From assembly GCA_964016885.1 (NCBI GenBank), contig OZ024741.1:403496001-403560000 (forward strand): a stretch of 64,000 nt of DNA, written 5' to 3'. Below, one piece after another: positions 45,001 through 54,454 of the stretch. The position numbers were made by a program, and so were the translations under genes. The notes beneath the pieces are model-generated. The model was not told where the DNA came from. It saw only the letters and a program-made list of their open reading frames with translations, and did no database searches. The stretch is from Eledone cirrhosa (Eukaryota). Within the stretch, counting starts at the first letter, position 1. Each line of letters starts with the position of its first letter.

Positions 45001-45750
45001 CTATCTTTAACCCAAGTAGGGACTACTATCTTTAACCCAGGTAGGGACTACTATCTTTAACCCAAGTAGGGACTAATATCTTTAACCCAATTAGTGACTT
45101 CTATCTTTAACCCAGGTAGGGACTACTATCTTTAACCCAGGTAGGGACTACTATCTTTAACCCAGGTAGGGACTACTATCTTTAACCCAGGTAGGGACTA
45201 CTATCTTTAACCCAAGTAGTGACTTCTATCTTTAACCCAAGTAGGGACTACTATCTTTAACCCAGGTAGTGACTACTATCTTTAACCCAGGTATGGACTA
45301 CTATCTTTAACCCAGGTAGTGACTACTATCTTTAACACAGTTATGGACTACTATCTTTAACCCAGGTAGTGACTTCTATCTTTAACCCAGGTAGTGACTA
45401 CTATCTTTAACCCAGGTAGTGACTACTATCTTTAACCCAGGTATGGACTACTATCTTTAACCCAGGTAGTGACTTCTATCTTTAACCCAGGTAGTGACTA
45501 CTATCTTTAACCCAGGTAGGGACTACTATCTTTAACCCAGGTAAGGACTACTATCTTTAACCCAGGTATCGACTACTATCTTTAACCCAGGTATGGACTA
45601 CTATCTTTAACCCAGGTAGGGACTACTATCTTTAACCCAGGTAGGGACTACTATCTTTAACCCAGGTAGTGACTACTATCTTTAACCCAGGTATGGACTA
45701 CTATCTTTAACCCAGGTATGGATTACTATCTTTAATCCAGGTAGTGACTT
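1..45750 (+). repeat. Satellite DNA array, 25-bp monomer TATCTTTAACCCAGGTAG(G/T)GACTAC with a 22-bp variant lacking one TAC; roughly 1,800 copies; begins at the window start and probably extends beyond it
   Basis: Uninterrupted head-to-tail monomers from base 1 to the last unit ...tttaatccaggtagtgact at ~45749. No unique spacers, no inversions seen, and no ORF-track entry in this region. Copy number estimated as length divided by ~25. Confidence 0.99.
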
Positions 45751-45802
45751 TCTGTTAAAATTCTTAATTTCACAAATATTTGATTGTTAAAATTCTTAAG
45801 CC

Positions 45803-45926
45803 ATGTAACTCAATAGATGTTTGTGTATGTAACTCAGTATATTTGTGTCTGTATGTAACTCAGTAGATGTGTTTATGTATGTAACTCAGTAGATGTGTGT
45901 GTATGTAACTCAGTAGATGTGTGTGC
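45803..45926 (+). repeat. Minisatellite, 5 copies of a 24-26-bp unit ATGTAACTCAGTAGATGTGTGTGT
   Basis: Five consecutive units beginning atgtaactca, with variable (GT)n ends. Confidence 0.9.
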
Positions 45927-46338
45927 ATATTAGTTTAAAGTTAGCTTCACATATTTCCCATCTCTACTGTTTTGACCATATGTTAGCTGGACACTGGACT
46001 GACCTGGGGTTAACAAAACAACACCAAACTCTTTGTTACTACAAATATATAATTTACTGTTAAAGACACAACATATTAATATAACACCAGTTTTCTTTCA
46101 TCCTTTAAGGGTCAACAACATAATATTCCAATCAAATACTGGGCTCGATATAATAACCCCCCACCCCACCACCACTAATTGGTGGCCTTTTTTTTAAAAG
46201 TAGAAATCCTTATTTATAGTCACAGTTACAACATGCTTTGTAAAACGAACAGCATGATTTTTGGCATAGGGTTACATCCCTTTACGTTCTAAGTTGAAAT
46301 ACAACGGAGGTTAGCTTTAGCTATCACTGAGGAATGAG

Positions 46339-46527
46339 GGTGGTGGACTGGAAGCGTCGTCAGCATCGGACAAAAACTTTGGGACATTTAGTGATGGCCC
46401 TTTATGTTCTGAGTTCAAATTCCACCAAAGTTAACTTTGCCTTTCATCCTTACAGGGTCGATAATATAAAGTACGAGTAATGCACTGGGTATTTGTTGAC
46501 CTTGTGCCAAAAGTAGAAACAATTATT
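46339..46527 (+). mobile_element. tRNA-derived SINE copy (diverged)
   Basis: B-box gagttcaaattcc, core aactttgcctttcatccttacagggtcgataa and tail ccttgtgccaaaagtagaaacaatta; aligns with the best copy at 49461. Confidence 0.8.
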
Positions 46528-46736
46528 TATAGCCTCAATTACACCATGCTTTGAAAAAGGAACATCGTTTGCGGCATATACTTACGTCCCTTTACTGTCT
46601 GAGCTGAAATCACGCTTAGGATTGTGCCAAAACAAGAAACCATTATTATAAAATTATGAAGGAAAGTTTTGAAATAAATTGCTTTGGACGACTGAACCAG
46701 ACATCACGTATTTAAAATGGTAAATTTTGGAAAGGT

Positions 46737-46808
46737 GGTTCTATGGTGTAATGGTTGGCACTCTGGACTCTGAATCCAGCGATCCGAGTTCAAGTCTCGG
46801 TAGGACAT
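46737..46808 (+). tRNA. tRNA-Gln(CTG), variant or possible pseudogene
   Basis: 72-nt match to the metazoan tRNA-Gln(CTG) sequence; anticodon arm CTGGA-CT CTG AA-TCCAG. The 3' acceptor strand reads TAGGACA rather than TAGAACC (terminal pair G:A mismatch, one G-U), and there is an A>G change in the D-loop. Confidence 0.8.
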
Positions 46809-47213
46809 GTTACATTTTATTTATATTTTACATAATAGTGGTCGAATAAAACTATTTTATTTTTCCAAATACTCACCGTAAAAATAAAACAAAACCAACG
46901 TAACCTAATCTAATCCTACCCCCCCCCCTCAGCCGAGCCGCAAAATAAAAGAAAATCGTATATTTGCTGACATAAAGCTAGATAAATACTGACAAATTAA
47001 ATGTATGTTTGATCCCATTACTACAACATATTAATATAACACCAGTTCCAGGTCAACTTTTCCTTTCATCCTTTAACGGTCAACAAAATAATGTTCCAAT
47101 CAAATACTGGGAACGATATAATCCCCCTCTCCCCACCCAAACAAATTGCTGGCCTTTTGCCTAAAGTAGAAACAATGTATAGCCTCTATTGAAATATGCT
47201 TTGGAAAAAACAA

Positions 47214-47398
47214 CATGCTTTTCGGTATGTAGTTATGCCCCTTTATATTCTGAGTTCAAATCCCTTCGAGCTTAGCTCTGCCTTTCATCGTTACAGGGTC
47301 GATAAAATAAAGTACCAGTAATGTACTGGTGTCGATTTAATCGACTTTACTCCCTCCCAAAGTTCTTGGCTGCATGCCTAAAATCAGAAACAATTATT
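47214..47398 (+). mobile_element. 5'-truncated tRNA-derived SINE (long-tail variant)
   Basis: B-box gagttcaaatccc, core gcctttcatcgttacagggtcgataaaataaagtaccag, then gtcgatttaatcgac and the tail. Paralogous to 49270-49450. Confidence 0.8.
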
Positions 47399-47466
47399 AA
47401 AGCACAATTTCCGAAATTAGACTATCACCTATTTAAAACGGTAAATTGAACTCAAGTGAGCAGGTT

Positions 47467-47538
47467 GGTTCTATGGTGTAATGGTTAGCACTCTGGACTC
47501 TGAATCCAGCGATCCGAGCTCAAGTCTCGGTAGAACCT
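47467..47538 (+). tRNA. tRNA-Gln(CTG) with T-loop/B-box mutation
   Basis: Identical to the copy at 49721 except T>C at 47519 (GTTCAA to GCTCAA), which alters the B-box and T54. Confidence 0.85.
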
Positions 47539-48083
47539 ACAACTTGCTGCGCTTTTATTTACGTTTTACATAATAGTGGTCGAATAAAACTACTTTTTTT
47601 CCAAATACACGCCGTAAAAATACAACAAAAACCTTTATTAGTCCTACCCCGCCCCACCGCCTAGATAAAAATAGATCTGATATTTGTTGGCATAAAACCA
47701 TATAAATACTGACAAATTATATTTATATTTGATCCCATCAGTATAATAATGGAATAGGCTACATAGCCAGTCCCAGTCAAAATAGACAAACATACTTTTA
47801 AAGCTTATTTTACCAGTAAACCCTAACACCAGTTCCGTGGTCAACTTTTCCTTTCATCCTTTAAGGGTCAACAAAATAATGTCCCAATCAAATACTGGGA
47901 TCGATATAATCACCTCCTCCAGAAATTGCTGGTCTTTTGTCTAAAGTAGAAATCCTTATTTATAGTCACAGTTACAACATGTTTTGTTAAACGAACAACA
48001 TGATTTGTGACATAGAGTTACATCCCTTTACGTTCTAAGTTGAAATACAACGGAGGTTAGCTTTGCCTATCACAGAGGAATGA

Positions 48084-48273
48084 GGTTGGTACACTGGAAG
48101 AGTCGGCAGAACATCGGACAAAAAACTTTGGGACATTTAGTTCTGGCCCTTTACGTTATGAGTTCAAATCTCGCCAAGGTTAACTTTGCCTTTCCTCCTT
48201 ACAGGTCGATAAAATAAAGTACCAGTAATGCACTGGGTAATTGCTGGCCTTGTGCCAAAAGTAGAAACAATTA
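48084..48273 (+). mobile_element. tRNA-derived SINE copy (diverged), paralogue of 46339-46527
   Basis: B-box gagttcaaatctc, same core and tail; the upstream ~250 bp also matches the sequence upstream of 46339. Confidence 0.8.
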
Positions 48274-48335
48274 CTTAAGAGCCAGTTAGAGACATTTGAC
48301 TATCACCTATTTAATTTGGGGCAGTTAACCAAGGT

Positions 48336-48407
48336 GGTTGTATGGTGTAATGGTTAACACTCTGGACTCTAAATCCAGCGAGCCGAGTTCAAGTCTCGGT
48401 AGAAAGT
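48336..48407 (+). pseudogene. tRNA-Gln-derived gene with CTA anticodon (amber-suppressor-like); probable pseudogene
   Basis: Anticodon arm CTGGA-CT CTA AA-TCCAG (anticodon 48369-48371). T-arm and B-box are intact (ccgag ttcaagt ctcgg). The acceptor stem GGTTGTA/TAGAAAG has three mismatches. Confidence 0.8.
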
Positions 48408-48662
48408 GACACATGATAAATTTATATTTTACATATTAGTGGTCGAATAAAACTACTTTTTTTTCCAGATACACACCGTAAAAATAAACAAAACCAACAC
48501 ACCCTTTACTGATCCACCACCGTGCCGCAAAATAAAACAAAATCGTATATTTGTTGACATAAAGCCAGATTAATACTGACAAATTAAATGTGTTTGATTC
48601 CATCAGTATAATAATATCTACCGGAAGTTATAAAAAAAAACAGTTATCTCCCCGTGATATAA

Positions 48663-48861
48663 AATAACTTCTACTATAAGCACAAGGTCCGTAATTTGGA
48701 GGGAAAGGGAAAGTCGATTAAATCGATCTCAGTACATTACTGGTACTTTATTTTATCGACCCCGTAAGGATGAAAAGCAAAGTTAATCTCGGCGGGATTT
48801 GAACACATACCGTAAAGGGCCGTAACTCTATGCTGCAAAGCATGGTATCCGACCTACTACC
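48663..48861 (-). mobile_element. tRNA-derived SINE, reverse orientation
   Basis: Reverse complement of the SINE core (ctggtactttattttatcgaccccgtaaggatgaaaagcaaagttaatctcggcgggatttgaac) plus the long tail. Confidence 0.85.
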
Positions 48862-49269
48862 TTCTGTTGTTTCACCTCTGTTATTTTCTATGTAATATCA
48901 CATTTACATCACCCCAAGAAATTTAGGACCTTTTGTAGTTTTGTAGGTAAAACTATTATATTAATTTAAAGTTAACTTCACATATTTCCCATTCTACTGT
49001 TTTGACCATGGTCTGACCTGGGGTTAACAACACTAAACTCTAACTTTGTTACTACCAAGATATAATTTACTGTTAAAGACGCAACATATTAATATAACAC
49101 CAGTTCCGAGGTCAACTTTTCCTTTCATCCTTTAAAGGTCAACAACATAATGTTCCAATCAAATACTTGGATCGATATAATCACCCCTCCCCACCCAAAC
49201 AAATTGTTCGCCTTTTGCCTAAAGTAGAAACAATTTATAGCCTCAATTGAAATATGCTTTGGAAAAAAC

Positions 49270-49450
49270 GTTTTACGGCATAGAGTAACGTCCCTTTATA
49301 TCCTAAGTTCAAATCCCGCCGAGATTAACTTTGCCTTTCATCGTTACAGGGTCGATAAAATAAAGTACCAGTAATGTACCGGGTCGATTTAGTCGACTTT
49401 ACTCTCTCCCAAAGTTCTTGGCCTTATGCCTAAAATCAGAAACCATTATT
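49270..49450 (+). mobile_element. 5'-truncated tRNA-derived SINE (long-tail variant)
   Basis: aagttcaaatcccgccgag, SINE core and tail; paralogue of 47214-47398. Confidence 0.8.
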
Positions 49451-49460
49451 AAAGCACAAG

Positions 49461-49650
49461 GGCGGTGAATTGGCAGTATCGGTAGAGGGTCGGACGCCAT
49501 GCTTTGCAGCAAAGAGTTACGGCCCTTTATGGTCTGAGTTCAAATCCCGCCGAGGTTAACTTTACCTTTCATCCTTACGGGGTCGATAAAATAAAGTACC
49601 AGTAATGCACTGGGTAATTACTGGCCTTGTGCCAAAAGTAGAAACAATTA
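49461..49650 (+). mobile_element. Full-length tRNA-derived SINE (best-preserved copy)
   Basis: Starts GGCGGTGAAT; A-box tggcagtatcgg (49471-49482); B-box gagttcaaatccc (49536-49548); core and tail follow. Flanked by near-identical 15-mers at 49445-49459 and 49647-49661. Confidence 0.9.
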
Positions 49651-49683
49651 TCAAAGCAGAATTTCCGAAATTAGACTATCACC

Positions 49684-49692
49684 TATTTAAAA
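49684..49692 (+). promoter_or_regulatory. TATA-like element (TATTTAAAA) upstream of tRNA-Gln
   Basis: Starts 37 nt upstream of the tRNA at 49721. A tatttaa motif also lies 28-37 nt upstream of the other three copies (46709, 47430, 48308). Function is inferred. Confidence 0.4.
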
Positions 49693-49720
49693 CGGTAAAT
49701 TGAAGTCAACTGAGTGGATT

Positions 49721-49792
49721 GGTTCTATGGTGTAATGGTTAGCACTCTGGACTCTGAATCCAGCGATCCGAGTTCAAGTCTCGGTAGAACCT
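49721..49792 (+). tRNA. tRNA-Gln(CTG), intact
   Basis: GGTTCTA/TAGAACC acceptor stem, GTG/CAC D-stem, CTGGA/TCCAG anticodon stem with CTG, CCGAG/CTCGG T-stem with TTCAAGT loop. Confidence 0.96.
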
Positions 49793-49811
49793 GCACCATG
49801 CTTCGTTTACA

Positions 49812-49849
49812 TTTTACATAATAGTGGTCGAATAAAACTATTTTTTTTT
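49812..49849 (+). terminator. Candidate Pol III terminators (T4 at 49812-49815, T9 at 49841-49849)
   Basis: Oligo-T runs downstream of the intact tRNA; the same trailer with T-runs follows all four copies. Confidence 0.5.
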
Positions 49850-50066
49850 AAATTTAAATACACGCCGTAAAAATAAAACAAAACCAACACGACCTATACT
49901 GACCCTACCCCGTTCCGCCGCTCGCAAAGGCAGGATCTTCTGCAGTTGATGTGTTGCTCTTGGGTTGTTCTTGTTAGCAATGGTGTATGTTTGATATAAC
50001 AAAACACAGGAAACATTTCTAGACATAGATACAAGACTTTTAAACAGGATATATTTGTACTGTACT

Positions 50067-50111
50067 GAGAGAGAGAGGGGGAGAGAGAGAAAGTTTGAGG
50101 GAGAGTGATAG

Positions 50112-50156
<45 letters not shown>
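50067..50156 (+). repeat. (GA)n microsatellite, interrupted
   Basis: Pure (GA)n at ~50115-50156 with a degenerate block upstream. Confidence 0.95.
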
Positions 50157-50160
<4 letters not shown>

Positions 50161-50264
50161 CTGCGTGAGATTTAATTGCTTCATTGAGCCGGATGAAGTA
50201 TTGAAAAGAAATCTCTTGTTAGGTTTCGTGGCCAAGTATATAAATCAAACATATATAAATAAAG

Positions 50265-50334
50265 AGAGAAAGAAGAAGAAGAAGGAAAAGAAGAAGAATA
50301 CGAAGGAAAAGAAGAAAATAACAATAATAATAAT
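50265..50334 (+). repeat. Degenerate (GAA)n grading into (AAT)4
   Basis: gaaagaagaagaagaaggaaaagaagaagaa...aataacaataataataat. Confidence 0.85.
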
Positions 50335-50579
50335 GTTTTCTTTATTAACCACAAGGGTTTACATAAAGTAGACATTAAGGACAGTACAGGACAATACAGG
50401 ACGGTACAAATGGGCATTTCTGCGTGTAAAAAAAACAGAGGATGTAATAAAAATAACAATGAAAAATTCCCCAATAGGCGGGAGACTTCCGAGGGACATT
50501 TGTGGAGAAAGCCCATTAAAAGACCACAGTGACCCTGACCACCAGGGCAAGTGCCTTCTCCCAGTTTTCCACCTTTAAT

Positions 50580-53500
50580 TTACAGACACATACTCAGAGT
50601 AGGCCCATTCACTCGGGCCATACTTGCTTCTCTCACCCATCTTTCAACAAAATGCTGGGAAGAGAGCACTTCCCTCTCTACCCTGATTTTCCTTCTCAAA
50701 TGAAATTTGAAAAAGTTAATCAGGGCATCAGCCCTTTCAAACGTGTCCACCATACTATCTCTTTCGCCATGGCCACCAGACAGATAAAAACTGCCTGCCC
50801 TTCCCGGCTAAAGGAAGAGGGCGGGGCAATCCTCACAATGGGCTCAGCTGATAGCTGGATCCGTCCTACACGTTACAGCAGGTGTTCGACATAAACCCAC
50901 AAGTCAGCAATGCTCGGACACTGGACGAGTACGTGCAGGACGGTTTCGTCGCCCTGCGCGCATCTAGGACATGCCCGGCTGACGGCACCTCCATGCCTGT
51001 AGAGTTTATCCCGAACTGACAAAGCTCCTCGGTAGCACTGCCAGGCCAGGGATTTCTGGAAGTTGTTCATAGGCCCCAGCCCGAAAATCCTTCCGAAGAG
51101 ATTCGCTAGTTGATTTTTGTCGACGCCTAGAGTTTCACCAAGTACGTCGTCGCTCTTCCATTCACTAATCCTCTATAGAACGCCAAGGTGGAGTTTCCAC
51201 CGATCACATTGCCCGATTTGTCGAGGGCTGTGAGCGCCTGAAGACATTCCCGTCTCCAAGCGCTCCCTCTCGGTCTTCGCTTGACCCAGGACTGCAGGTC
51301 TGTCAAGGAGACGAGCTGGGAAAAGACGTGTCTAGCAAACGGTGACCACACCTGATCACCGTCGAGGAAGAGGTGGAGATGTCGTAGCCTGAGCGCGTGT
51401 CTGCGCATCATCAGCCACGGCATGCCCAGCCCTCCACGTAGCGGGTGTTGAGAAGCAGATGAACCGCCTCACCATCGGAGCGCGTCCCTTCCACAAAAAG
51501 CGAAAGAGCAAACGCTCCAGCGCAGTCAGACGGGGCTTAGGACAAGGTACGAAGGTCAGGCGGTAGTAGATGACGGACGCGATGTACGCCTTAGCCACCT
51601 CCGCTCGACCTTTCAGGGATAGCTTCCTCTCCGCCCATTTCTGGCTGAGAGAAGCCATCCTGCTCGTCACCTCGTCCCAGCTTTTGCTCGTCTGGAGGTC
51701 CGGACCGAACCAGGCCCCTAGAAATTTAACCTGTCCGTCCATCCAGCGCCTGACGACGCTGTTGGACGGCATGGACCTGCCTCTCCAGGTGCCGAGCTGC
51801 AGGCCCACTGACTTTTCCTGGTTGATCATTGCTCCTGTCACCGCTTTGTATTCTCTTAGTGTAGTGCCGATCGCCTCGATGTGTTTGGCGTTCGGCACCA
51901 CTACGGTGACATCGTCCGCATATGCTGACACGGATCTTCCGCATCCTAGTTCGCGCGGGACGCTCCTCAACGTCTCCAGTTTGTACAGTAATGGCTCGAG
52001 AGTCAATACGTATAAGAGGGACGAGAGGGGACATCCTTGGCGGACCGAGCGCATGATGTTGAACGGTTCCGAAAGGTGACCGTTCACTCTCACCACAGAG
52101 CAGATGTCGCTGTGCATGGCAGCGATCCAGCCTCTGAAGACGGGCCCAAAGCCAGCCGCCCTCAGGACTGCCGCTAGGTAATGATGGTCGACCCTATCGA
52201 AAGCTTTCGACTGATCTAAATTGATCAAGGACCCACCCGTGCCAGGTTCCCTAGCTACCCTCTCTTCGATGTATCGCATGAGGTGGAGGTTGTCGTGGAT
52301 GGATCTGTCGGGAATGGCGCATGTCTGCGCCTCTCCCACCAGACCACCAACGACAAGCGCCAACCTCTTTGCTAGCATCTTGAACTCTGTGTTTAGCAGA
52401 GTTATGGGCCTGAAATTATCTATGTTATCCCCCTTGTTCGGATCCTTGCTCAGCAGCGCCACCGCTCCTCGGCTCACAGAGCTGGGAATTCTCCCGTTCT
52501 GTTGCCAGTTGCAGTAGACGTCCGCCAAGAGGCCTCCGAACAAGTCTGGCATTTGTACGTAAAGTTCATAGGGCAGACCATCAAAACCAGGCGATTTACT
52601 CCTTGTGCAGCTAGTCATTGCCTCCCGTACTTCAGTGGCTGTTATCGGCTTTTCGCAACACTCCGCCTCAGTGGCCGAGAACCGCGGCAGTCCGTCAAGG
52701 TAGACACTAAAGTCCATCCCTCGATCCGGCCCGCCGCTGCCCCCTAACAGCTGTGCGAAGTATCGCTGAAAAGCTTCACACATTTGCCCGGGATCGAGTA
52801 GCATGCGCTCGTCGTGGTCCACCAAAGACCGGATCGTGGCTTTGTTTCCACGACGCGCCTCCGCCACTCGTGCCCATTGAACAGCTTTCGTCCCCTCGTG
52901 TCTGAGAGCACGCACCCTAGCTCTGACAACGCAGCCTTCGTGCTTTGCATTGAAGAATTGGTCAAGGGCCAATTTCGCCGCAAGTACGTCGGTCGCGATG
53001 CCTTTGCTAAGCGCCTCGTCTAATGTTATAACTAATTCTCCCTCTGCTCTATTTTTCTCTATTGCTAAAGCCTTACTAAACCTAATGGAGTCTATTCTAA
53101 TTGCTCTTTTCAGAGCAAACCACCACTTGTTGTTGACGATGGCCCCCGTCTACGCTCGCTTAACTAGTTCGCTAATCCGGTCTCTGTAGGCGTTGCGCGC
53201 TGGTAAGGACACGTTTAGCTTCCAGTAGCCGGGTCCTCGTCTATGAAGCCTATCTAAGTCAAGCACACAGATCACGAATTTGTGGTCCGTGTAGCCGACT
53301 ATCTTGAATTGTGGACAGCCTATGCTAGACCTATTTATTTCCCTACAAAATACTCTATCTAGATATGATCTGGATGACCCTATGCGGTTTGTCCAAGTCC
53401 ACATTGGCACATTCGGGAAATCCAATCGGTACCTGTCACACAGTTCAAAACGCCTGAGCAGGTTGGTGAGTCTCTTGCGCCCTCCTCCCCTATCCGCTAA

Positions 53501-53962
53501 TCCCACACAGTCCCAGCTTGCATCTAAGATCCCGTTCCAGTCGCCCACTAACACTAAAAAGCGGGACGTTCCTAGAAAGGTCTCCAGACGCCGGAAGAAA
53601 TCAGGCCGCCCTGCTGCTGTCGGGGCATAGACGGCCACTAGCCTGAAAGCTTGCCCGTCTCCGCTGGTCACGTCCAGCACCACCAACTTACCTTCTGGGT
53701 CCAGGAAGATGGCCCGTATGGCGAGATCCAGACCTCTCCGAAAAAGCACAGCAACTCCTTCACCCTATCCAGGACGGCTGGGAGATGCGTACACATCGTA
53801 GCCGCCGAAGACCGGTGCGACGGCCCGTGCTTCGGAGATCCTGGTCTCGCTGATGGCCACTACATCTATGTTTAGTGACCTGAGGTCGTTGAGCAGGTGG
53901 CCCTGCTTCCATGACGACCCCAAGCCACGCGCATTTATGCTGCCTATTCTGAGTGAGGTCAT
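50580..53962 (-). pseudogene. L1/Tx1 ORF2 (APE endonuclease + reverse transcriptase + zinc finger), disrupted
   Basis: APE motifs SINARGL, VAISET, LVGDWN, SYLDRVF, TDHKFV; RT motifs SPGFDGLP, NFRPITLLN, LDQSKAFDRVDH, VRQGCPLS, AYADD; C-terminal CPRCAQGDETVLHVLVQC. Split over ORFs 53765-53962, 53150-53749, 51356-52972, 51127-51423 and 50873-51070 by frameshifts and stops. The terminal ...GPTLSMCL* was translated by hand and ends at 50580. Confidence 0.92.
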
Positions 53963-54280
53963 GTTTAAATGGAGTGGAAAAGATGGGAAAGACCACTTAC
54001 CTTACTTCTCGTAGAGGAAGGATGGTTTCTCCATCCTTTTCACTGCTTGTGGCCTCCTCCGGAAGGATGTCCTTATAAATCCTCCTGGAGAGTGCTTGTC
54101 GGAAGTCTCCGATGCCTTTGGGGAATTTTTGATTTAGTGTCGTGTACGTTTTCTGTGCAATGCGAGTGATTTGTATGTGTGGAGGTGGTGTGAACTTTTG
54201 GGTTCTTGTGTAGTCTTTTTCTGTGATGCTGGTGTTGTGTTGGATTTAGTGTAATAATTGGTTGTTGTTCAAATCTAGGT

Positions 54281-54454
54281 GTTTCTACTTTAGGCACAAG
54301 GCCAGCAATTACCCATTACTGGTACTTTATTTTATCGACCCCGTAAAGATGCAAGGGAAAGTTAACCTCGGCGGGATTTGAACTCAGACTGTAAAGGGAC
54401 GTAACTATGCTAGAAAGCATGGCGTCCAACCCTCTACCGATACTGCCAAGTTCA
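54281..54454 (-). mobile_element. tRNA-derived SINE nested in the Tx1 element
   Basis: The reverse complement matches the 49461 copy from the A-box (tggcagtatcggtagaggg) through the B-box and core to the tail ggccttgtgcctaaagtagaaac. Confidence 0.9.

Noticed and set aside
1-45750. CRISPR array (regular ~25-bp repeats)
   Set aside because: Monomers are contiguous with no unique spacers, there are no cas genes, and the context is eukaryotic.
1-45750. True telomeric array
   Set aside because: TAACCC occurs once per 25 bp, never as tandem (TAACCC)n.
1-45750. G/T variant order as an information-bearing code, or a repeat-encoded protein
   Set aside because: Variant order is explained by nested duplications, and the region has no ORF-track entries because stops recur in the monomer.
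49721-50335. Tx1 element as a tRNA-array-specific (Dewa-like) insertion
   Set aside because: Its 3' end is ~540 bp from the tRNA, beyond where array homology stops (~49920), and array sequence does not resume at the other end.
49838-50550. Short ORFs with poly-SL, poly-RE or poly-K tracts
   Set aside because: They are translations of (GA)n and (GAA)n microsatellites and the Tx1 3'UTR.
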